Shown in pieces: positions 35,001-45,886 of a DNA stretch of 64,000 nt. Position numbers and translations under genes: made by a program. The DNA comes from Trichodelitschia bisporula (Eukaryota). The DNA is taken from NCBI GenBank assembly GCA_010356995.1, contig ML996691.1, forward strand, positions 502,174 through 566,173, read 5' to 3'. Position 1 is the first letter of the stretch; every line of letters starts with the position of its first letter. The notes below the pieces were generated by a model. That model saw only the letters and a program-made list of their open reading frames with translations. It had not been told where the DNA came from and ran no database searches.

Positions 35001-35663
35001 CACGCCTCACACGTTCTTCTCTCCCACTCACCTCCCACGACCCCCAGTCAACCTTTTTTATGTTTTTTCTCTCGTCGCAATTCGTCTCCCACCTCTTTCC
35101 CAGTCTCTAACCCGCGCGCACCCACCCCCAAGCATTATCCCCCAGCTTTTTCCTATTCCAGGGAAAGACGTCCGAAAAGGCCTTACTCCGTAACTGTGAC
35201 TAGTTAACCGTCGGGGAGAGCCGGAAGTGGAGTTGCTACTGCAGCTTCTATCCACCTCCCTCCCCGCTAGTCACCCCCAGCTTCCTCCTACCCCGGACCC
35301 CATCACCCAGCCGACTCACACATCAGAGAGATCCCACGAAACTCACAGGCTCAGCCTCTTGCCCACCTCCCACCTTCTCCCCCAATCCAATTCCAAACTC
35401 CTACTTTCCATACCGTACAACCCCTCCCTCCTTCCACCCCCCCCCCCCCTCCCTCCTCCGACCCCTCCCACACTCGCATTTGCATAAACAGCCTCTACAA
35501 AAAAGGAAAAAACGGGCCTTGGGCCTCGTTTACCTTTTATATATCAAGTCCAATGCGGGCACCTTTTCGTCCCTCATCTTTCTCCCTCTCCCTCCTCCGC
35601 CCTCATTCTCGCACTCCTCCTTCCAAAGTCCATATTCTTTCCCATCGTCATACATTAGCAACC

Positions 35664-37842
35664 ATGGTCTCCCTAGATGCCTCTCAGCCTCACGCCAATG
35701 TGAAGCAGTCTCGCCACCCATTGGGCCCGCGTCACATCACCACCACGTGAGTGTTGCCTCGTTCCTTCCCTTCCAACATCAATTGCTCACAGTCTTGCAG
35801 GAACGGTGACTTCGACTCCTCATATCCCGCTGAAGTTCGCCAATATCTCCGCACCTACGGCCTCACCCCGCCAGCCCTTGAGAGCTATGAGACCCAGGCC
35901 CAGCGATGTATGTCATACCGAGCCATTGACTCCCGAGACATGTCTGAGCCAGTTCGCTGACACTTTTCACCCCAGGCCTCGCACTGTTGGAGCTGAAGAA
36001 GACTCCCATCGAGAAGTATCAGTACCTGACTCATCTCCGGGCTGCCAATGTCCACCTCTTCTACAGGCTCTTGAACGACAACATTAGGGTATGTGGGCAT
36101 GTTACAGTGACATCAATGGCACTTTGCTAAAGCTCGACGTGACAGGACCTCACCCCCATCATCTACACACCCACCGTTGGAGAAGCTTGCTTGAGATGGT
36201 CGGAGATCTTCACACAGCCCGAGGGCATGTACCTCTCATTTTCAGACCGTGGCAACCTCCGCCGCATCCTAGACAACTGGCCTCACGAAGTTGACATTAC
36301 CGTCATCACCGATGGCTCCCGTATTCTGGGTCTTGGTGACCTTGGTGTGAACGGCATGGGCATTCCGGTGGGTAAGCTTGCCCTGTACACCGCCTGCGCT
36401 GGTATCCGCCCCGACGCCACCCTTCCCATCACACTTGATCTCGGAACGAGCAACGAGGCGCTTCGCAACGACCCATTGTATCTCGGCAGCCGGAGGGGCA
36501 AGGTGACGGCAGATGAGGAGCGGGAGTTCCTGGACGAACTCATGGCTGCTCTGACGGAGAAGTGGCCGAGGTGAGTCTTTGTTTGCGCCGGTACAGCGAG
36601 ATGTCGCCCGGCTAACGGAAACCTAGCATTGTCATCCAGTTTGAGGACTTCAAAAATCCCTTCCCCTCGCTCGAGCGGTACCGCGACACTTACACCATGT
36701 TCAACGACGACATCCAGGGCACCGGTGCTGTCATCCTCGGCGGCTTCATCACTGCTGTCAAGGCGTCTGGGGTGCCGGCAAAGGACCACCGTGCGGTCTT
36801 CCTCGGCGCGGGTAGTGCCGGCGTCGGCGTCGCCAAGCAGCTAGTGGAATATTTCATCAAGGAGGGCCTTACTGAGGACGAGGCCCGCCGGAAGTTTTGG
36901 TTTGTGGACTCGCGCGTATGTCATCCATTTTCCCATTTTGGAAGAGTCGAGGGCAAAAAGAGGACTAACACTTTTTCTCTCTTTAGGGCCTTGTGACCAA
37001 CGACCGCGGCGACAAGCTCCAAGATCACAAGGTCTACTTCTCCCGTGACGACAACGAGGGCCAGCAGTTCCAGAGCCTTTCGCGCCTCATCGACCATGTC
37101 AAGCCGACCATTCTCATGGGTCTGTCGACCATTGGCGGCGCCTTCACACCCGAGATCATCCAGAAGATGGCCGAGCTGAACAAGCACCCCATCATCTTCC
37201 CGCTGTCGAACCCCTCGTCCAAGTCCGAGTGCACGTTCGAGACGGCCGTTGAACACACCAACGGCACCGTTTTGTTCGCTAGCGGCAGTCCCTTCCCCAC
37301 CGTGGAGCACGCGGGCAAGACCCTGACCCCAGGCCAAGGTATGTCGCTCCCCCAGCCGGCCCGCACCTCGGGCCGCGCGTCACACCCAAGCAAGTAGCCG
37401 TTAACCGAGCGCAGGCAACAACATGTACGTGTTCCCGGGTATCGGTCTCGGCGCCATTCTGTCCAAGGCGGTCAACGTCACACAAGACATGATCTACGCA
37501 TCAGGCGAGGCGCTTTCGGACGCCCTGAACGAGCAGGAGCGGGCTGACGGCTGGCTGTACCCGGATATCCGGCGCATCCGCGAGGTCAGCGTCGTGGTGA
37601 CGCGTAACGTGATCCGTTCCGCGCAGGGTGCCGAGGTTGACCGCGAGCTGTCGCTGCGCCAGCTCAGCGACGAAGACCTCGACGAGTTCATCCGCCAGCG
37701 CATGTACGACCCCTTCAACGAGAAGTCGGCCATCGAGACCGAGCTCAAGAGGCTCACCAGCCCAGCCAATGGCAATGGCACCGACGTCGTTAAGGGCGCC
37801 GTGGCGACCGTCACGGCTGCCACCGCGGCCGCGCACTTGTAG
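35664..37842 (+). CDS. maeA: Malic enzyme (NAD(P)-dependent, maeA-like; multi-exon)
   Basis: PIIYTPTVGEAC, VITDGSRILGLGDLGVNGMGIPVGKLALY, IVIQFEDF, FNDDIQGTG, GAGSAG, FPLSNP, FASGSPF, PGQGNNMYVFPGIGLG. Confidence 0.95.
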
Positions 37843-38795
37843 GCTTCTTTGGGTGCTACGAGGGGCGGCTTGGGATTTTTTTGCAGGTCTATAGTGCGAC
37901 CTGAGGGATTTGTATAGCACCTTCGACGGGTGTGCTTCCCGGCGTTATGCTTGCTTCACAGTACTAGAGCTGGACGACGCTGTGCGGGTCATCCCCCGCG
38001 CAACACTGGGTTACATGGGATAGAAAATGGACCATGATTGTTTGCGCTGCGCAACGGTACCACGTTCATTGCTCGCCATATGGTGCAAATGCCCGCGGTC
38101 GCTGCTTACCGTACCGCACCATCACCCCAAACCCCACCAATCCAGCCAAGTGGGGGTCCACGGTACGTCAGTAACTAGCTCCCCACGCGCACCCACAACC
38201 CCCCCACCCCGTGCCAGCCGCGTTACCTCGCCCTGTCAAACGTATTCGCCGATTCGTCTGCCCCTAGGACTCTAGCTCGTGCTAGCTTCCTGTTCCCCAC
38301 ACTGCACGTTTTTCACCCTCGCCTAAACCGGTACCCGGGGCCCGAGCACGGCTGAGCCGCAGCGCCCCCGAGGTCCGATGGCGGGGTATCGGTAGTGGCT
38401 GACGCGTCGGCAGCTTGGTTCCTGGCATGGCCGTTGCAGATGCAGGTACCCTCGGATGGAACGACATGTGCCCAAGCCGCGGGCGCGGGCGCCAGTTCGT
38501 GCGAGGCTGGGCTTTGTCACTTGATGGAGATGCGCCGTCAGATTTGTAATCACATGCGTTGCATTGCGACATCAAAAGAAGCTTGGTATTACGCATTATG
38601 GGGATAAAACATAAAAAGTTAGAGTAAAAGCCGACATTGAGGTATAGGAAAGAAACAAGCAGGACATCGCATATGTATGGGTGAGAATCTTGCGACTGGC
38701 TGTGTACTCCCAAAGTCGTGATACTGTCATAAACCGCTGGATTGCTGAAAAAAAGTGCTCATTGCAAACTCATTGACGAAACTCTAGACCTTCCG

Positions 38796-41640
38796 TTAGG
38801 GCTTTTCCCCGCCTAGCAACCCTTCAGCCAACCGCTTAAGGATCTTCGACGTTTTGGTCCGGCCGTCAAAGAAATCAGAATCCCCAGTCGGAACCGGTCG
38901 ACCTGATGGATCAAACCTCGGTGGAAGCTCAATGGTATCACCGGATCCTACCGAGTCTGGGGAATTGTCACGCGAATGCGAATGCGATCGGGAACGAGGA
39001 TGTGTGTTCGGATGCCGAGAATCGTGATCAGCGTGCATATGCCGTCCAGGTGGACTTTCACTGCCATGCTGATCACGGGAGACTGCAGCGGCATCATCGA
39101 TGAGATCTTCCTTGCTGCCCAGATCGAATTGGACTGTCTTGTGTGGGGGGCTGGAGGTCGTCGTTTGGTGTTTGAAGTCAGACGTGTCAGGGGACGAGCA
39201 GCGAGGTAGCGTTATACCATCTAGCAAAAGACCATCAGCAAACCATCCAGTTGAAGCCGCGTTACTCCCACGTACCACGGCGAGAATCTGCAGCTGACGG
39301 AGCAGCACTCACATTTTCAGGTCCCGGCCGATCGGGATGACCTTCATGCCAAGTCTGGGGAGGCGGGCGCGAGTACGGGTCGTCAGGTGGGAGAGTGGGG
39401 CCGGTAGAGGGGCCGTAGATGGCTGGATCGTATGGCGCTGCTCTAGCAGTAGAACCATAGGCGGAGTCTGGGTGAACATCACTAGTAGGATAGGGTGGGT
39501 GCGTGTCTGGGATTGGCGGTGGGGGAAATTCGTTGCTGGCAGGGTAATAGTTCGTTGAACGATCCGATGTTGGGTATGAGGTTGCAGAGCCGGTATCCTC
39601 TTTTTCGCGGCCTGATTCGTGATTAGCCGATCTGTTGTCTCACAAAGCTCCTCGATACTCACGACGCTGCTCCTTGTCCTTCCGCCGCTTCGAAATCTCA
39701 TGAGCAGCGAGGCCAGCAGCACCGGCAGCCAGAGCTGCTCCGGCAGCAGTTCGGCTCCGGCTCCGGTGTCTCTTGTCAGGGCTCGAGTGCCGGGATCCGT
39801 GCCGTCCACGACTTGCCGATCTGCTCCGCGAGCGACGGCTGTCGGTCGGCGGTGCAACGTAAATGGGATCACCCCCGTATTCTACAAGAGCTGTGTCACT
39901 CGAGGATCGCCCCGGCCCGGAATGAGCTACCGACCTGGACCTCGATCGCGATCTCGATCTCGAACGCGATAGCGAACGCTCCTCCTTCTTTGCCTTGGCC
40001 TTTTCGTAAAGACCGGCGATTGCGGCGCTACCCAAGCCAGCAGCGACAATGGGGACACCCTCACGAACGTGGCCCTTGCTCTTTGACCGGCCGCCTCGAG
40101 ACCGAGACCGACTATGCATACGTTCGGCAACCGCAGCGACAGCAGCACCAGCAAGCCCAGCTTGAGCCACCCGGCGGTTCCTATGCTCTGGGTCCATGTG
40201 CCTGCTCTCGGACCGCGTCCGACTGGAGTGTCTACTGAACGACGAGTGCCTGCGCCTCCTAGATCGGCTGTGCCGCGGGGCCTTTTCAACAACGGTGGTT
40301 TTGGACAAGTTGTTCTTTCCAGCCGCATAAGCCAATGCTCCGAGGCCAGCAAGGGCTGCTACGCCAGCCAAAGCTTTGCCCTTAGACAGGCTCCTATTGC
40401 GGTGGTGGTGGTGGTGCTTATGCCTACCCCGAGATCTCGACCGCTCACGGTGAGAAACCCGAGATAATGCTTCAGCGCCGATCCCGCCGAGAGCACCGTA
40501 GCCAAGGATTTGCGCGGGCCGTGAGCCAGGGTCCTCTCCTTGCCGCTTCCGATGATGCCGAACGAGCTCAGCAGCGGCAATACCCCCGATGACGCCTTCA
40601 GCAACATGCCGCTTGTGGCGACGCTCGTGCTCGTGGTCGTCATAATAATCTTCGTCGTACTCTCTCCGGATGATAACAGCATCGTCGTCGCTGTAGTAAT
40701 CCCGTTCGCCACCACGGCGGTGCCGATCCTCTTCATACTGATAGTTGCGCCGAGCACCATGGTCATCAGTCTCGCGACGACGCTCAAAATAGTAGTCATC
40801 TTCCTCGCGCCGCTCCCGTCGCACAACGCGCCGGTCGTCCACTTCGGCGCGTTCGATGATCTCGTAGGACGGCTCTTCGCGCTTGAGAATTATCTGTTGA
40901 GGACGAACTTGCTCCTGAATGATGATGGGCGCCGGTAGGGGCTGCGAGCGAATGACAATGGGGTAGGGCTGCGGCTCTGGCCTGGAGAAGTACTCTGTAG
41001 ACTTTGAGTATTTTTCCAGGGTGTACGGGCTGTGCTGGGAGTGGGTGTCAATCTCACGGTCGCGTTGAATTCTCAGTTCCCGCACGTCAGGCGAGGAAGA
41101 CCGAGAGTCACGCCGTTCGATGATGCGCACATCCTCTCTAACTTCGCGGCGCGGCTCACGCTCGTAGTCCCGCTCAATGCGGATGTCTTCCCGGAAGTCT
41201 CGGCGCGGTTCATGTTCGTAATCACGCTCGCGTTCCACGATTCGGATGTCCTCTCGAACTTCACGGCGTGGCTCATGCTCATAGTCTCGCTCGCGTTCCA
41301 CGATTCGGATGTCCTCTCGAACTTCGCGACGTGGCTCATGCTCGTAGTCTCGCTCGCGTTCCACGACTCGGATGTCCTCTCGAACTTCGCGACGTGGCTC
41401 GTGCTCATATTCTCGCTCGCGCTCGATGACACGATATTCGGAATGCTCGCGAGGAGAATGATCATGCTCACGGATGACAATGCGGGTGTCCTCTTCCTCG
41501 TACGTGTCGCCGTCCAGGACGCCAGGGTACTTGTAGCGTCGAACCGTGGTGAATGCACGAGGAGCCGAGCGACCGGATCTGAAAGAGTCGGTGTCCCAGT
41601 CTCGCTCCCGCTCGCGCTCCTTGACGAAAACTGAAGCCAT
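38796..41640 (-). CDS. DUF3824-type Arg/Ser/Glu-rich low-complexity protein (3 exons)
   Basis: Repeated hydrophobic AGxAA helices separated by RSRSR tracts, LVEYGGDPIY, FPPPP, and a C-terminal ELPPRFD..GRP, as in this fungal family. Confidence 0.75.
41130..41430 (-). repeat. ~63-bp coding tandem repeat (ERERDYEHEPRREVREDIRIV) x~5
   Basis: Visible in both the DNA and the translation of the 39640-41697 ORF. Confidence 0.9.
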
Positions 41641-43552
41641 CGGATGACCTGTCAAACCACGACGGGTTTCCAGAAAATGTGACGACAAAGTTTTCAAGTT
41701 GGAAGTCCCACGTGCAAGCTACTTCGATGGAGGTTGGCATGCGACTAGAGAGAGTAGTATGGGGGGGTAATATCACACCTTTTGATATCTAAAACGCCCG
41801 TGAAGTGAGGACGAGTCGCGATCTGGGTTGGCGATGCGAAAGTTACACTCTGTTGAGAAGGCGATTCTTGGAAAACTTGGGAGGTTTGGTTTACTTGATG
41901 AGTGGGCGGGTACGGGCGCGGTGGGGAGGGAGAGAGCTAGTCGATGGTTATGGAAGTTGGTGTTTGAGGGAGCAAACTCGAAAGTTGGCAGGTGCGACTC
42001 GGAGGGTTGCGAGAGTTGCGAGGTGTGGAAGGTTTGCGTGTTTGCGAACGGGGGGGTTGGGGGGGGGGAGGGTGCTCAACCTTATCTTAGGGAGGGGGGG
42101 AGGGCAGAGGACTCGAAGTTTGGTAAGAATCATCGGGGGGAGGGAGGGGAGGGGAGGCAGGGAGAGGGGTCTTGCGCAAAAGGCAGGGCTGAGGAAGGGC
42201 TGGGGGGAGACGGTTAGGTAAGGTGTAAGGTGAGGTGAGGGGAGGCGGGGAGAGAGCAGGGCACCGCTTGTGACGTCAACCACATGAAGAGGTCTTCCCT
42301 CTAGCTCTTGCGCTAAACTGCTATTATAGGGTCTAGTGTAACGGTATGCATATGTATGAGCCTCAGTCACCCAACCATCATCTTCACTCTGCTCGTACAA
42401 ACTTCCTATTCATGCACATAAACCTGTACGGTATGTGGGGTGGCATCCCAAGGCGGGAGGCGGAGAAGCTGTGTGGGGAGAGAAAATGTGCCCTGCGCCT
42501 GTCGTTGTAATTCGCTCACTCCCAGACTGCATGCCGGTACAACAGCCGCATCGCTGCCTGCCTAGAAGTTCCTTGGCCGCCCGATTCCTTCTGTACTGCA
42601 CAGCCGCTCACTAAAATCGTGCCATCTCACTGCAAAACGACGAGGGAAAGAGGTAGACTCGATGTCTTCCCTCTTGCTTTCCCCTTCATGGTTGGGCAGA
42701 CGCTGACCACTTTCGGAAGCACGCAGGACCTTTCCTGCACCTCCAACTCGGAACCCTGTCCGTCACAAGGCTTTGATCATGAGGCAACATTTGCGCCGGG
42801 CCGAAGGCTTCTCTGGGAGCCCTTACCGTAGACAATGCAAGACATAATACGTTGGTACGAAACCTGCAGTTTCGCCCCTCGCCATCTTGCGTGCCGATGT
42901 GCTTCTGTTGGGCTGTCTCACTTTGCCTTGGGATTTATAAACCGAGTAGTCTACCCTACGCTGGAACTACACACGGAAGAGATGGTCAGGAAGAGCAAAG
43001 CCCGCAATCTATAAGGCAGATAATTCGGATCTCCGCGAAAATGCTGACTAAAGGCACCGCCATACTTCACGCTCTAAGAAACGGCGGGTGAGAGGAGGGC
43101 CTCACGAACCTACCTATCTTCCATTAACTGCGCTAACACAACCCGGTCCAGTCACCGGTGTGCTACCATTACATGCTTTGGTTAGCAAACAGTTGGGATG
43201 ATGTCGAGTGTCAAGATCACTGATGTCGCTAGCAAATGGGCACCCTTCGGGATCCGCACGCCATGGCTCGCGGCCAGGGTAAGAGTCCGGGATACCCAGG
43301 CATACAACCAGTTGGTGGGCTCAGTCTTGCAGTCACGCCTTGCACGGTCGGTCGCCCCTCCAGATGCGCGACCGATGAGATGGAACGATATCCCGTCGAA
43401 GATGAACGGTCCCGATGACCAGGTTTGTTCAGGATGGTTTGTATTTTGCGATCTACAAAATACACCATCCTCAGCCACCACGCTGCAAGAGCTTCCTTGA
43501 AAGGATGCCCTAGTTCATGATCCCGTTATGCGCCCAACCCAAATGAAGGTAT

Positions 43553-44335
43553 TTAACCGACCAGCTGAACAACGCCGCCCGCCTCCTTGATCTTGCGCTC
43601 GGCCTCCGCCGAGAAGTAGCGAGCCCGAACGACAAGAGGAATCTCGGGGATACGACCCTTGCCGAGGACCTTGGAGTAACCGAAGCTGAGGAGGTCGAGG
43701 ACGGGAGCGGTGTCCGCCTTCTTCTCCGCGAGGTACTTCTCGCGCTGCTCGATAGGGACCAGGCTCCACAGCTGCGGACACTTAGTACTGCTACTCAGAC
43801 CGGATAAGGTGTCAGTTCTGCTCACCTTGTCAAGGTTGATCACCGGCTTCCAGAAGTGGTTGGCTTGCTTGTGGAAGTAGCGCATACCGACCTTGCCGAA
43901 GTAACCGGGATGGTACTTGTCCATGTTCGTACGGTGGTGGTGCTGACCACCAGCGAGACCACGACCACCGGGATGCTTACGGCTGCATTGAAGTTAGCCA
44001 TATTGTCCATCGCCGGAAGTTTCCCCAGTCGTGTAGTTTGAAGGCCAGCGTGTCGTTTCGACTGAGAACCTTCAATTGCGCATGCCACAGCATGGCCCAG
44101 TACAAGTGATAGATGGTTAATGCATGCGGTAGGATTGCGCAACATGCGTTGTTCACCGTGCTGGCCTTCAAATGTTCGGATGCACTCGTTGGAAAGGTAT
44201 CGACTTACTGCTTGCCGACGCCTGAAAATTGTATTAGTGGGAGACATCAAATGCTTGACAGAGATGTTACTTACGACCGTGACCGGCGCTCACATGGCCG
44301 CGGTGCTTCCTCGTCTTGCTCAAGCGGGTAGGCAT
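43553..44335 (-). CDS. RPL28: 60S ribosomal protein uL15 (yeast L28/Cyh2), 4 exons including a 13-nt microexon at 44221-44209
   Basis: [68 protein letters not shown]. Confidence 0.98.
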
Positions 44336-45115
44336 TTTGCTTGTGTTGGGGTGATGGTTGGTGCAAGTCTCTCGGAGATGCTTCAAGTGAATTTCACCAG
44401 GCCAGTGCGCGGATTAATATTCTACCGGCTCAAAAACATCGCTTCTAGTGCACGGGCCTCTATGGGTCAAGGGCCACCCTGAAAAGTCTTTATCGTCCTT
44501 TCTACGGCTTTGCTGAGCAATTTCTAGAGGCTACCGGCCAGGATGCGGCCACGACTTTCTTTCGGCAGCACTCAGGCATGCGCCACGACAGGACGCCACA
44601 GCAGCGCTCTTCATACCGTATGAGCAGCGTCGACAACTCTGTGCATGTTTCTAGGTCATGAATTATTCTATTCCAAAGAGCACAAATTCAGTAGCTATGG
44701 CTGTACCAAGATCGTTCTCTAATTCAAAGCATCAAACAGAGCTGCTCTTATCATACTTTTCATGATGTTCCCATCCCTAAACCAATATGGACGAATACAT
44801 CTCATATGCTGAAGGCTGTTCGTCAATCTTCCGGTTTACGCCCTCTAACTCTGATGACTCTTGCATGTCAAAATGCGAATTTAAGCCTGTAGCCTTTGGC
44901 ATTGCAGCCTTTAGGGGTAATATCCATAGCCCGTAAGCCCAACTTCCGGTATCAAGTACGGTTGCGACTTGCTGAAGACTGAAACTCTCCTGTGCGTTGA
45001 GAATTCTCGCCTGGTTCAGATGTTGGGAGATAATGGCGATGATCTCGTACATCGCTCTTGCCGCCAACACGGGGCAATATCGCTCACTGAGGATGCTTTC
45101 ACTTGCCAAGCGTCG

Positions 45116-45388
45116 TCATAGACCTGCCGACTTGCCACTTGCTATGCGTTGCGCTACCAGACTGAAGAAGCCGACGGAAGACATGAAAAGCACCAGGTTG
45201 TAGAACTGCCGACATTAGAATAGCTGGCAGCAAAGCGATATCCGGCTGACATACGGCATTTCTCGAGTAGGCGCTTTCTTCGGCTTCGGATCGAGCTTCG
45301 ACGAACAGACGGCGAAGGTTTGGAAGGCTCGACTGGTCGAATGTCAGAACTATTTTATTCGTCTGTAGAGAGGAGGAACTGATACCAT
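45116..45388 (-). CDS. 56-aa single-TM microprotein, probable Mco6 (YJL127C-B)-like; exons 45388-45386, 45332-45255, 45205-45116
   Basis: ATG|GTATC..CTGAC..CAG and GTATGT..CTAAT..CAG introns, both phase 0. Spliced product: MSSLPNLRRLFVEARSEAEESAYSRNAFYNLVLFMSSVGFFSLVAQRIASGKSAGL*. Confidence 0.7.
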
Positions 45389-45886
45389 TTTCCACTTTAC
45401 TGGTTTGCCTAGGGGGTATGTTCGCGATAAAAGCAGTTGCTTCCAAACCCGAGAAATAAGGGGCTATGCGGGGTTCGTTGCTTTCTTGCTGCTGACTTTG
45501 GAAAAAAGAAACTTGTGTGAAAGGATCCGTAGTGAGGAAATGCTACTATGTGTCGTCGTACATGAGGTTGAGGGACTGAATTCCATGCTTGCTCATTCAA
45601 GGGAAGCGAGCGGCCAGAGCCCTAAGCCGCTTTCGGGTGTTTCGGCGACGACCTACTCACCCCCGAATTGACCGCCGCTCAGCTTCCAAATCCCAAATCC
45701 AGTCGAAAACTAGCGCTTACAACTCCTCTTACGCTCTCCTCTTCAGCAAAGACCTACGCAACATCTCCTCGACACTTTTTGCCTTCAGCCTGTCGCTACG
45801 CCCTGGGTCGTCACCCCGCGGAAAGCCACCGAACACGAGAGCGACAGCCTGCGCGGGCAGCTACCCCGCGTAGCACTCGAAGCAGA

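Noticed and set aside
32400..35600. Long intergenic region with many short ORFs and the palindrome TACCTAGCTAGGTA
   Set aside because: No recognisable protein motifs or consistent splice pattern. Compatible with a large divergent promoter.
43935..43950. Possible cycloheximide-resistance allele of RPL28/CYH2
   Set aside because: The sequence reads AGGQHHH, so the wild-type Gln is retained.
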